Below, in pieces: positions 45,393 to 54,592 of a stretch of 64,000 nucleotides of DNA (position 1 is the stretch's first letter; each line of letters opens with the position of its first letter). Below the pieces are notes generated by a model. That model made no database searches. It had not been told where the DNA came from and worked only from the letters and a program-made list of their open reading frames with translations. Origin of the DNA: Bacillota bacterium (lineage in GTDB: Bacteria > Bacillota > Clostridia > Christensenellales > SZUA-584); NCBI GenBank assembly GCA_023416745.1, contig JAEZHF010000072.1:3914-67913 (forward strand), in the 5' to 3' direction. The translations under genes were made by a program, and so were the position numbers.

Positions 45393-46123
45393 AGTTCATT
45401 CCTTATACTGATAAAGGCGTCAGATACAGCCAGCGGTTTTGTATCGCCCGCCTTCTGATATACGGAGGCCTTTACCTTGATCAGCGACGTTTCACCCGCT
45501 ATCAGGTCCTTCTGGAACTGGCTGGTGCCGCTCACGGTGATTTTGGACGCATCGGCGCTGCTGCAGTACACCAGAGCCTGACAGGTGGCGCCCAACGTAA
45601 TCGTCGTTGTACTGGCTTTCTTCATGGCATTGACGATGACCGCACAGTTGTTGTATTTGGCAGGGCCCGAAATAACAGTCCCACCGCAGTTCAGCGTATA
45701 ATTACCGCCTGAAACCGATACGGAGATGTTGCCGGGAACGCCCGAAAACAGCTGCCATTTGCCGTCCGGCAAAACCGCCAGCATTGTACCGTCGCTAAGC
45801 ATGATGAGATGGATATAGACGCAGTCTGACCCAAACATCGATTCTGCGTTGCCGTAGGGCTCGACAGTTGCGGACAAATAGTAACCGTTGGCTGGCTGCA
45901 TCGTCGGTACGCTCAAGGCCTGCATGTATGTTTTCGCGTCCAGCTTTTCGATATAGTCCTGAGAAATATAATTGGCGTTCATCACGTCGCGAGCCGCACG
46001 GTCCGCCTTGGCGGACTGGAGAAAAACGGTCAGCAAAGGCAGCGCGATGGCCGCGAACAGGCTGATCGCCAGCAGCGTTTCAATCAGTGTGAAGGCTTGT
46101 TTTCCCCAGCGCTTTTTCTTCAT
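45389..46123 (-). CDS. Minor (pseudo)pilin with a prepilin-type N-terminus
   Basis: MKKKRWGKQA|FTLIETLLA, with Ala rather than Gly at -1. ATGA overlap with the pilD stop. Confidence 0.75.
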   Translation of the reverse strand: MKKKRWGKQAFTLIETLLAISLFAAIALPLLTVFLQSAKADRAARDVMNANYISQDYIEKLDAKTYMQALSVPTMQPANGYYLSATVEPYGNAESMFGSDCVYIHLIMLSDGTMLAVLPDGKWQLFSGVPGNISVSVSGGNYTLNCGGTVISGPAKYNNCAVIVNAMKKASTTTITLGATCQALVYCSSADASKITVSGTSQFQKDLIAGETSLIKVKASVYQKAGDTKPLAVSDAFISIRNEL

Positions 46124-46902
46124 GACAAAAACCCCAGATACCAGTTTATCAGCGTGTGCCCGAAAAACACGCTCATCACCACGCCGAACGACAGGAACGG
46201 CCCGAACGGTATGGCGTCCGACCGCTTGCGTTTGCCCAGCGCCATCAGCATGACGCCGGCCAGCGCACCCGTGAATATACCGATGATATAGGCCGTGACA
46301 ACGAGCTTCCAGCCGATCACCAGTCCGGTGAACGCCATCAGCTTGATGTCGCCACCGCCCATCGCGTCCTTCTTCAGCACGTACATACAAAATAATGCGA
46401 TTAGCAGCAGCGGCAGACCGCCTGCGGCAAAACCGATCAGATAGGAGTACCAGACATCAAAATGCGGCGTGAATACAGCTGCCGCCAGCTGAGCCGCGCC
46501 CAGTACAAGCCCCGCGATGACGAGGCCGTCGGGTATCTCCATATGCTTGAAGTCGATCGCCGATATCACAATCAGCAGCGACACCAGCGCCATATAGATC
46601 GGGAGAGGCCATACAAAGCCGAACCGCACATATAATAGCGTCCAGAGCACACCGTTGAGCGCCTCAATCAGCGGATACTGCGCGGATATCTTACCTTTAC
46701 AATATCGGCACTTTCCGCCCAGAAATAAATAGCTGAATACGGGGAAAAGATCAAGCGGCCCAAGGTGATGTTCACAGGCGGGGCAGGCCGAGGGGGAGGT
46801 CGCAATGGACTTTCCGAGCGGCAGCCGGTAGATGCAGACATTTAAAAAGCTGCCGATAACGATGCCCAGTATGAATATCATGATGCCGGTGAATACTTCC
46901 AT
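46120..46902 (-). CDS. pilD: Prepilin peptidase (A24 family)
   Basis: The N-terminus has GSFLNVCIYRLP and the CPAC...CRYC zinc-finger motif. Multiple TM helices. Confidence 0.85.
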   Translation of the reverse strand: MEVFTGIMIFILGIVIGSFLNVCIYRLPLGKSIATSPSACPACEHHLGPLDLFPVFSYLFLGGKCRYCKGKISAQYPLIEALNGVLWTLLYVRFGFVWPLPIYMALVSLLIVISAIDFKHMEIPDGLVIAGLVLGAAQLAAAVFTPHFDVWYSYLIGFAAGGLPLLLIALFCMYVLKKDAMGGGDIKLMAFTGLVIGWKLVVTAYIIGIFTGALAGVMLMALGKRKRSDAIPFGPFLSFGVVMSVFFGHTLINWYLGFLS

Positions 46903-47020
46903 ATCCCGTCCCTTTTCAGCCAACCTGAAATGACGCCGAACCAAAGCGCGGCTGTGTCCTTACACTTATATAACCCAATTGCGGTGTGTCAAAACATGAT
47001 TCAGGATGGGAAATAAAAAG

Positions 47021-47050
47021 AATGGCGAGGGACGTAAGTGCCACTCGCCA
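47021..47050 (-). terminator. Intrinsic terminator/attenuator just after the major pilin gene
   Basis: Perfect 8-bp stem ATGGCGAG / CTCGCCAT. On the minus strand it is followed by TCTTTTTA. Confidence 0.6.
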
Positions 47051-47078
47051 TCTGAGAATCTATGTATGAAAGATTCAA

Positions 47079-47441
47079 TTATTCTCCGCCACCTGCAGCA
47101 GGCACCGCTGCAACGGCTACGCCATTTGTAACACTGATCATTGCTAAAGAATCGGCGAGGTCTCCAGCGGCAATACCGGAAGGCCAGAGACCGGCAGCTA
47201 CAAGTTCATCCTGTGAGTCAGCCACAGCTCCCAACTTTGCATCCGGGTGGAGTGCGTTATAAGCATTGTAAGCTGTTGCGATGCTTCTTGCATTGGCCAG
47301 TTCTACCCTTTCGTCCGCACTGTTCGTGATTCCGGAGAATGTCGGAATGGCAATGGCAGCTAAGATAGCGAGTATGGCGATAACGACGATGAGCTCAATC
47401 AGCGTAAAGCCTTTTTTGTTCTTGCGCATGAGTTTGAACAT
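47079..47441 (-). CDS. pilA: Major type IV pilin
   Basis: MFKLMRKNKKG|FTLIELIVVIAILAILAAIAIP. 120 aa. SD AAAGGAG upstream. Confidence 0.9.
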   Translation of the reverse strand: MFKLMRKNKKGFTLIELIVVIAILAILAAIAIPTFSGITNSADERVELANARSIATAYNAYNALHPDAKLGAVADSQDELVAAGLWPSGIAAGDLADSLAMISVTNGVAVAAVPAAGGGE

Positions 47442-47548
47442 AAGTGTATACTCCTTTCAAATATGTGTGCGTTTTGCAAAGCGCTCAGCTTGTTTATAAA
47501 CACATAAATGAATATTGAAACATAAATTTATAAAAAAATATTTCGTTT

Positions 47549-48709
47549 CTATATACTCTGATACATCGTCAGCATCGGCATCAGTACGGACAGCATCACG
47601 AACAGTATGATGGCCGCGACAAAAACGAGCAGTATCGGCTGCAGTATCGTTGTCAGCCGCGTGATGGCAGTATCCGCTTCCTCTTCAAAATAATCCGCAG
47701 CTTTCTCCAGCATCTGATCCAGCGTTCCGGACTCTTCTCCGATCTTCATCATATGAACAATCATATTGGGGAACAGTGCCGATGCACTGACAGACGCATT
47801 GAGCGATTTGCCCTGCTTGATGGATTCCTCGATGTCGATCAGCTTGTTCTCTGCCAGTCGGTTGCCCACCACCTTGGACGCGATGCGCAGCGACTGCGTG
47901 AGGGAGATGCCGGTGGCGGTCAGCGTTGCGAGCGTACGGCTGAAGCGTGCCGCCAGTATGCGCGTCACGGACTTCTTGAAAAGCGGTGCCCTGATTTTGA
48001 AAGAATCGATAGCCAGACGCCCGGGCGGCGTAGACTTGTAGAACTTGAAGCCCACGTAGATCATCAGCAGGAACGCTAGTATGTACATCCAGTTGACGGT
48101 GATAAAATCGCTTAAGCCCAGCATGAACTTGGTGATGGCCGGCAGTTCCGCACCGGAGGATTCGAAGAACGTCATGAATCGGGGAATGATGAACAGCAGC
48201 ATGAATACCACGACGATCAGCGCAATGATGGTGACGATTGCCGGGTACATCATCGCGCCGCGAATCTTCTTGGCAATGCGATATTCTTTGTCAAAGTGCG
48301 TAGCCAGACGCTCCAGCGCCAGATCCAGCGTGCCGCTCAGCTCGCCCGCTTCGATCATCTTTATCATGATGGTGGGCAGCGCGCGCTCATGCATGGAAAG
48401 TGCCTCGGACAGCCCCTTGCCGCGCTGCAGGTCTTCGCCGACAGACTGGAGTATTTTCTTCAGCTTGGCGTTTTCCGTCTGCTCTTCCAGTATCGTAAGC
48501 GCCTGTATCAGCGGAACCCCCGAACGCAAAATACTTGCGAACTGCGTGCAGAACACCGCCAGTGTACGCTTGGGCAGCTTGGCTGAACCAAAAGCGATGT
48601 CCAGCGAACTCTTCGGATTGACCTCCGAAAGGCTGAGCAGATAAAGCGACTTCGCTCGGAGCGCGAACACCACAGATTTTTTATCCGTTGCCTCAATGAG
48701 GCCCTCCAC
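47549..48709 (-). CDS. pilC: Type IV pilus platform protein PilC (GspF family); the true start probably lies upstream, at about 48751-48758
   Basis: Two T2SSF-type repeats. The conserved N-terminal KYxYKA..G motif lies upstream of the first canonical start (GTG 48709). Confidence 0.85.
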   Translation of the reverse strand: MEGLIEATDKKSVVFALRAKSLYLLSLSEVNPKSSLDIAFGSAKLPKRTLAVFCTQFASILRSGVPLIQALTILEEQTENAKLKKILQSVGEDLQRGKGLSEALSMHERALPTIMIKMIEAGELSGTLDLALERLATHFDKEYRIAKKIRGAMMYPAIVTIIALIVVVFMLLFIIPRFMTFFESSGAELPAITKFMLGLSDFITVNWMYILAFLLMIYVGFKFYKSTPPGRLAIDSFKIRAPLFKKSVTRILAARFSRTLATLTATGISLTQSLRIASKVVGNRLAENKLIDIEESIKQGKSLNASVSASALFPNMIVHMMKIGEESGTLDQMLEKAADYFEEEADTAITRLTTILQPILLVFVAAIILFVMLSVLMPMLTMYQSI

Positions 48710-48773
48710 TGTCTGGCCGGCCTTGTTGGCCGCTTTGTATAAGTATTTAATAATTCATCACCCCGCAGCAGTA

Positions 48774-49823
48774 TTACAGAATTGTAGAAATGTAGTTACG
48801 GTCTATACAGTAGGTCAGCGCTGATTCCCGCGATATCTTGCCCATCTTATGGAGTCCGGCCAGAGAATTGTCCATCAGTTGGTTGCCCGCCGCAGTGGAC
48901 GACTGCATGGCCGCAACGATCTGATGAGCCTTATTCTCACGGATCAGGTTGCGTATGGCCGATGTGGCCACCATCGTTTCAATAGCCGCTACACGCGTTT
49001 TGCCGTCGGTACACATCACCAGCTGCTGCGATATCACCGCCATCAGCGTCATCGAGAGCTGCATGCGTATCTGCTGCTGTTGGTGGGGCGGGAACACGTC
49101 GATGATGCGGTCAATGGTCTGAGCCGCACCAGTGGTATGCAGCGTGGACAGCACCAGATGGCCCGTTTCGGCAGCCGTCAGCGCGATGCCGATGGTCTCA
49201 AGGTCGCGCATTTCACCGATCAGTATGATGTCCGGGTCTTGCCGCAGTGCCGCACGAAGCGCTCTTGCATAGTCGTTTGAATCCACGCCGATCTCGCGCT
49301 GGTTGACAATGCATTTCTTGTGTCTGTGCAGATATTCGATCGGATCCTCCAGCGTCAGAACGTGCTTGGTTCGCGTGTTGTTGATCAAATCGATCATCGC
49401 AGCCAATGTGGTGGACTTGCCGCTGCCTGTCGGGCCGGTCACGAGTATCAGTCCGCGGTTCAGCCCGCACAGGCTGGGGACGATGGGCGGCAGTCCCAGC
49501 GTATTGATGTCCGGCGGATTGTATTTGATCAGGCGCATCGCCATCGCAATGCTCTGCCGTTGCCTGAAAACGTTGATGCGATACCGGTATTTGCCGGGTA
49601 TGGACAGTGAAAAATCCAGTTCGCCGTATTTGATGAAGCTTTCCCATTGGTTTTTGTTCATGATATCCATCGCAAACTGCTTGGACATCTCCGGGGTTAT
49701 TCTGGTTTCCGACATAGGGATAAGGCCTGTACTGAGCCTGTTCATGGGTGGCAGCCCAACCGTGATGTGCAGGTCGGACGCTTCGTTGCCGGCTGCGGCT
49801 TCCATCAGATCATGGATTTTCAT
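48774..49823 (-). CDS. pilT: Twitching-motility retraction ATPase PilT
   Basis: 349 aa. Walker A GPTGSGKSTT and the PilT-type Asp/His boxes. Confidence 0.9.
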   Translation of the reverse strand: MKIHDLMEAAAGNEASDLHITVGLPPMNRLSTGLIPMSETRITPEMSKQFAMDIMNKNQWESFIKYGELDFSLSIPGKYRYRINVFRQRQSIAMAMRLIKYNPPDINTLGLPPIVPSLCGLNRGLILVTGPTGSGKSTTLAAMIDLINNTRTKHVLTLEDPIEYLHRHKKCIVNQREIGVDSNDYARALRAALRQDPDIILIGEMRDLETIGIALTAAETGHLVLSTLHTTGAAQTIDRIIDVFPPHQQQQIRMQLSMTLMAVISQQLVMCTDGKTRVAAIETMVATSAIRNLIRENKAHQIVAAMQSSTAAGNQLMDNSLAGLHKMGKISRESALTYCIDRNYISTIL

Positions 49824-51517
49824 TCGCCGTCTCCTTTATAGGTATAGGCCGTGCTGATGACTTCCTGGATTGTGGTTTCGCCTTTTTCCATCAGATCAAC
49901 GCATTCTTTGGACAGACTGCCCATATGCTGCTGCTTGGCAGCATAATCGCGGATCACGTCAATGGACTCGCTCTTGGTGATCATATCGCGCACCTCGCGG
50001 TCCACCACCAGTATCTCATGGACAGCCACGCGGCCTTTATAACCGGAATTGTTGCAGTAGGAGCATCCCTTGCCGTAATAGATTGGCTTGCTGTACGTGG
50101 GGGGGAGCCCCGCGGCGGACAGCTCAAAGCGGCTGGGCGTATATTGCGCCTTGCAGAATGAGCAAATCTTTTTGACAAGACGCTGGGCCAGTATACCCAC
50201 CAGCGATGCCGCCAGCATATACGATGGTATGCCCATGTCGGTGAGGCGGGTGATGGTTCCGGGCGCGTCGTTGGTATGGATGGTGGACAGCACCAGATGG
50301 CCAGTGATGGCTGCGCGTATCGCAATGGATACCGTTTCCTGGTCGCGAATCTCACCAATCATGATGATGTCCGGATCCTGACGCAGTATGGAGCGCAGGC
50401 CTGCCGCGAACGTGAGGCCTGCCTTGTTGTTCACCTGCACCTGATTGATGCCCGCCATCGTGTATTCCACCGGGTCTTCCACGGAAATGATATTCTTCGT
50501 CGAGTTGTTGAGTTCGCCCAGCATGGCGTACAGCGTGGTCGATTTACCGCTGCCTGTCGGGCCGGTGACCAGTATGATGCCGTGGGGGTTTTTAAGAAGC
50601 GTATCGAATTTGGCGATATTCGCTTCAGAAAAGCCCAGCTTTTCCTTGGAAATCAGGAAGTTCTGCTTGTCAAGCAGACGCATGACAATCTTTTCTCCGT
50701 GTACGGTCGGCAGAGAGGAAATGCGCACGTCGATTTCATTGCCGTTATGCACCATCTTGTATCGTCCGTCCTGTGGCAGACGTTTTTCCGCAATATCCAT
50801 ATTGCCGATGATTTTCAGCCGGGTTAAAACGGCAGACTGTGCTTTTTTAGGTATCGTCAGCACCGTGATCAGCTGACCGTCAATCCTCATGCGCACCCGT
50901 ACATCCTTTTCGCCGGGTTCCACATGGATATCGCTGGATTTCGCTTTGGCGGCCTGTTCAAACATCGAATTGACAAGACGCACGATGGGGGCGTTGGAGA
51001 TGTCCGAGACAGGCGCTTCATCTTCAGACTTCGCTTCCTCTGGGTTTTCGGCAGTCAGATCTTTGATTGCCGTCTCCGCATATTCGTTGCCGTAAACCTT
51101 CGTGATGGCCGTCTCGATAGCGTGTTCCGTGGAGAGCATCGGAAATATCTCAAGGCCGGACACAACGCGCGCGTCCTCCAGAGCGATGAAATCCACCGGA
51201 TCGTCCATCGCGACGAAAAGCTTTTTGCCTTCTGCCTTCACGGGAACCATCTTATGCTTGCGCGCCAGCGTGACGGGTATATGCTTGGACAGCATGTGTG
51301 TCAGGTTGAGAGAATCGAGATTTATAAAGGGTATGCCAAGCTGAAACTCCATGATTTCCATCAGCTGGCGTTCAGTTACATAGCCTTTGTTTTTGAGGAT
51401 TTTACCCAGGCGGTCACCCGACTTCTTTTGGGTGAGCAGACATTCCTCAAGCTGACTTCGTGTGATCATGCCCACATCGATCAGCATTTCGCCAAGGTAT
51501 TTTCGTTTAATAGCCAA
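49820..51517 (-). CDS. pilB: Type IV pilus assembly ATPase PilB (GspE family)
   Basis: TTG start. N-terminal GSPII_E_N/MshEN-like domain, Walker A GPTGSGKSTT and a tetra-Cys motif (CSFC...CSYC). Confidence 0.9.
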   Translation of the reverse strand: MAIKRKYLGEMLIDVGMITRSQLEECLLTQKKSGDRLGKILKNKGYVTERQLMEIMEFQLGIPFINLDSLNLTHMLSKHIPVTLARKHKMVPVKAEGKKLFVAMDDPVDFIALEDARVVSGLEIFPMLSTEHAIETAITKVYGNEYAETAIKDLTAENPEEAKSEDEAPVSDISNAPIVRLVNSMFEQAAKAKSSDIHVEPGEKDVRVRMRIDGQLITVLTIPKKAQSAVLTRLKIIGNMDIAEKRLPQDGRYKMVHNGNEIDVRISSLPTVHGEKIVMRLLDKQNFLISKEKLGFSEANIAKFDTLLKNPHGIILVTGPTGSGKSTTLYAMLGELNNSTKNIISVEDPVEYTMAGINQVQVNNKAGLTFAAGLRSILRQDPDIIMIGEIRDQETVSIAIRAAITGHLVLSTIHTNDAPGTITRLTDMGIPSYMLAASLVGILAQRLVKKICSFCKAQYTPSRFELSAAGLPPTYSKPIYYGKGCSYCNNSGYKGRVAVHEILVVDREVRDMITKSESIDVIRDYAAKQQHMGSLSKECVDLMEKGETTIQEVISTAYTYKGDGE

Positions 51518-51707
51518 ATCTTATGTACCATCCCATGCATGGATAATGACTAAATTAATATAAACTTGAAACGGCGTGATAAAACAATTTTAAATATAGA
51601 ATATTTTACTCTGTAAACGGATGTGCCAAGAGCTAAGTGGTTTTTTCTTTACATCGTGCCTGGTTTTTTGTATACTTTATTTCGATAAAGAAACGAAGGG
51701 GAGCTAT

Positions 51708-52220
51708 ATGCTGAAAAAGTATTCGAAAATATTCGCTATGATAATGGCGGTTATGCTGACCACAGTGTTGTTGGCCGGCTGCGGCGGCGGCGGCACACTG
51801 AAAAAGCCCGAGATGAGTGAAGGTGCGGCAACGGTTGAGTTGACAGGTTCCTGCGACATCAAGATGGAAAGTGGCGTTATCACCGTTTCAGGCGAAAACA
51901 ACATATTAGACGGTTCAATACTCTATATTTCCGTTGAAGCCCAGAACGGCATGACGCTGGATTCCGTGAAGGTAACAAAGCTGCCGAGCCAGCCCATTTC
52001 GCATGATTTTGTGATATCGGACCAAAAATACGATGATTCTGTGAAAACGATTACGGCGCACATCACGTTTGCTCCCCGAATGTACGGCAATCATGCGGAT
52101 ATTGTTTACGAAACGTACGGCAATAAGTTTGAGAACATTACATCCGAAGCCAATCTGTTATGGGATACCAGCGGATGCGTCGTGGTGTTCGCCTCCGAAA
52201 CCATCGACTTCACCAGATAG
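51708..52220 (+). CDS. Lipoprotein of unknown function
   Basis: SD AAGGGGAG upstream. Signal peptide with lipobox LLAGCGGGG. 170 aa. Confidence 0.65.
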   Translation: MLKKYSKIFAMIMAVMLTTVLLAGCGGGGTLKKPEMSEGAATVELTGSCDIKMESGVITVSGENNILDGSILYISVEAQNGMTLDSVKVTKLPSQPISHDFVISDQKYDDSVKTITAHITFAPRMYGNHADIVYETYGNKFENITSEANLLWDTSGCVVVFASETIDFTR

Positions 52221-52232
52221 TTCTGAGACGAA

Positions 52233-52259
52233 AAGCCGCGGGCACATCGCGGCTTTTTT
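52233..52259. terminator. Bidirectional terminator
   Basis: AAGCCGCG pairs with CGCGGCTT, with A and T runs on both sides. Confidence 0.7.
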
Positions 52260-53416
52260 CAACCCGTCACGACGGCGGGGATATCGGCACTGAGTTTGCC
52301 GGTGCGCCACAGACCGATCAACAGATCCACCATCCGTCCGTAACTCTTCACACCGTCTTCTTGCATGTTGGCTTTTAGGAAGGTGTTGTTCACCTCCTGC
52401 GCCGTTTCGCTGACAGGGCTTTCAAAGCGCTGCCAGTAAGTGGCGTTGTCAGCCAGGTCGCGGCTTATGCCTTCGCTGTAGGTTTTGCGCAGTTCGAAAT
52501 AAAGGTCGCTGTTCGCGTCGTAAAGCTGATTCGTGGCGTGAACAAGCGCAAGCATCGTACCGGAGTATCGCACGGACGGCTCATCGGAGTACGAACTGAC
52601 ATAATAGGATAAGAAGTTGGCTTCGTCTTCCCGCGCAAAACCGCGCTGGTGGGCAGCTTCGTGATTGCAGGAAGAAGCGAAAAACAGCATGGGCACATCC
52701 GTGTTGACATTGGCTTCCCCGGTAAAGGGAAAATAAATACCGCTGATGTGCGAATAGGAAAGCCCGACTGAATAGAGCACCGGTTTCGTGCGCCCGAAAC
52801 TGCCGGACAGCCAGTCCAGACCCGTAAGCGTTGCGGTACGGTTGTAGTATTCAGGAACGTTCTGCATGATTTGGTGCTTTGACATGACGGGTGCGAACAC
52901 GCCGTTTTCGTCCTGAGGCACGGATGCGCGCAGCGTATTAGCCTGCCGGATCAGCGCTTCGCAGGTGGCGTACAGCTCCTCAACCGTGGCAGGGGAGGTG
53001 TTGAGACCAAGGCTCTCTCCCAGCGGCTGGCGCGCGTAGTTAAAGCCCCACAGCCCGACGAACAGCGCATAGACAACGGAGGCAACACCCAGCAGAGTGA
53101 TAATACGGCGCAGCAGGACATACCACCACGCATTTTTGGCAATGACCGCATGCGCGATCATCACGATGATGTAAATTAAAACGAACAACACAAACGCATA
53201 GAGCAATAGCTCACCCAGCGAAAACGGAAGCCATCCCGTGACGGAGGATAAGCCTTGATTGATAAAAAGAAAAATGCCGCGTGAATAGACCGTCTCGGTG
53301 AAGGACGGCCAAAGGAACGAAAGCCGGAAAAGTGCGTAGAACAATATGCCCGGCCCAAGCCAGATGAGCTGCAATAATAGCTTTTTCCTGCGACCATTTG
53401 GAGGGCGAAGTTTCAT
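52259..53416 (-). CDS. DUF3810-like membrane zinc metalloprotease
   Basis: SD AAGGAGGG lies upstream of ATG 53416. N-terminal TM helices and an HExxH motif (NHEAAHQRG). Confidence 0.6.
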   Translation of the reverse strand: MKLRPPNGRRKKLLLQLIWLGPGILFYALFRLSFLWPSFTETVYSRGIFLFINQGLSSVTGWLPFSLGELLLYAFVLFVLIYIIVMIAHAVIAKNAWWYVLLRRIITLLGVASVVYALFVGLWGFNYARQPLGESLGLNTSPATVEELYATCEALIRQANTLRASVPQDENGVFAPVMSKHQIMQNVPEYYNRTATLTGLDWLSGSFGRTKPVLYSVGLSYSHISGIYFPFTGEANVNTDVPMLFFASSCNHEAAHQRGFAREDEANFLSYYVSSYSDEPSVRYSGTMLALVHATNQLYDANSDLYFELRKTYSEGISRDLADNATYWQRFESPVSETAQEVNNTFLKANMQEDGVKSYGRMVDLLIGLWRTGKLSADIPAVVTG

Positions 53417-53495
53417 GAAAGTCCCTCCTTTCTGTATACTATCATATATGAACAAAAAGAGGCAGGTCAAATAGAAAATAATTACTCTGTCGGTA

Positions 53496-54194
53496 TCATA
53501 AAGGAAGATTGTGTATCGCTTTGGACTCCTTATAATAACGCCGCAGCTTGATGATGCTAGACACCCAAAGATAACCGACAAAGGGAAGCAGCAGCAGTAA
53601 AAGCAGCGGTATTTCAGACATCAATATGAAGTCAAAAGCGCCATGAAGCAGCGCCGGAATGAACAGCGATTTGCGGTAATAACCGGCACAAAGCCGCGGG
53701 TCGCTGCAAAACTTTGCCATCGACAGGTAGTAGCCCATTGTGATTCCCAGCAGCATGTGCGTGGGTACGCTGAGCAGTCCGCGTGTGATCCATATTTCAG
53801 GTGATACCGACGAATAGGAGAGTATGTAGACGAAGTTTTCCAGTGTGGCGAATCCCAGCGCCGCAATGCCGCAGTAGATGATGCCGTCCAGCCGTTCATT
53901 GAACGCCGGATGGCGGAATACAGTTTTGGAAACGACGAGGCGCTTGAAGAACTCCTCCGCAAGGCCGATGATGATGAAAGCTTCGAAAAGCTTGCCGACA
54001 AGACCGTCGAAAACATTGAACATCTGTCCAACAATTTCCGCAACCAGCGTGGGAAGCGTTACCACCATGCCCAGTACGAAAACGAGTATGAGCAGCCGCT
54101 TGGGTTCCTTGTCGTAGCGGTCGGTAAACAGAAGAAATATGGTGAGCACGACTGTGGGCGCCACTGCCTGTAATATCATCAATAACAGTTCCAT
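53496..54194 (-). CDS. prsW: PrsW-family intramembrane metalloprotease
   Basis: Polytopic. Conserved EE..K (LAEEFFKR) and HGAFD motifs. Confidence 0.75.
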   Translation of the reverse strand: MELLLMILQAVAPTVVLTIFLLFTDRYDKEPKRLLILVFVLGMVVTLPTLVAEIVGQMFNVFDGLVGKLFEAFIIIGLAEEFFKRLVVSKTVFRHPAFNERLDGIIYCGIAALGFATLENFVYILSYSSVSPEIWITRGLLSVPTHMLLGITMGYYLSMAKFCSDPRLCAGYYRKSLFIPALLHGAFDFILMSEIPLLLLLLLPFVGYLWVSSIIKLRRYYKESKAIHNLPL

Positions 54195-54291
54195 GTATGC
54201 TCCAATCAATGGCATATTATATTCTATTATAGACAGCATGCAATGGCGGCGCAAGGCGAAATATGACAAGTTTCGCCCGATGCGGCCTGTA

Positions 54292-54320
54292 TTGACAGCG
54301 CTTTGCCGGTATATTATAAT
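54292..54320 (+). promoter_or_regulatory. Consensus sigma-A promoter of the valS leader
   Basis: TTGACA (54292-54297), exactly 17 nt, TATAAT (54315-54320). Confidence 0.75.
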
Positions 54321-54326
54321 GATCGC

Positions 54327-54566
54327 AATGCGATGACAAAGAGGAGTAGGACGCGAGCGTGCGCTTTAAGAGAGGGGCTTCACCGGCTGAAAGGGCCCTG
54401 CGGATGGTACGTCTGAAGTCGCTTTGTGGCACTGTGGGTGAATAGATATAGTAGCTCACGGCGTGAACCGCGCGTTAAGCGGAAAGAGAGCGGGTCGTCA
54501 TGGGACGCCCGAATCAAGGTGGCACCGCGGAATAATCCGTCCTTATATCAGGGCGGTTTTTTATTT
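54327..54566 (+). promoter_or_regulatory. T-box riboswitch leader (valine specifier) with a terminator
   Basis: AGAGA box at about 54369. Specifier-loop context CTGAA-GTC-G, with GUC at 54418-54420. T-box sequence AATCAAGGTGGCACCGCGG (54512-54530). Terminator CCGTCCT / AGGGCGG plus T6 (54537-54562). Confidence 0.8.
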
Positions 54567-54592
54567 GGCAGAAAACGTGAAGGAGAGATATT

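Noticed and set aside
46124-46390. 333-aa version of the minor pilin ORF (45389-46390), and the other extended ORF versions in the pilus operon (43505-45100, 41150-41896).
   Set aside because: The extensions overlap the preceding genes and are Arg/His-rich. The prepilin-type N-termini (MKKKRWGKQAFTLIE and others) begin at internal Met codons with proper coupling or an SD.
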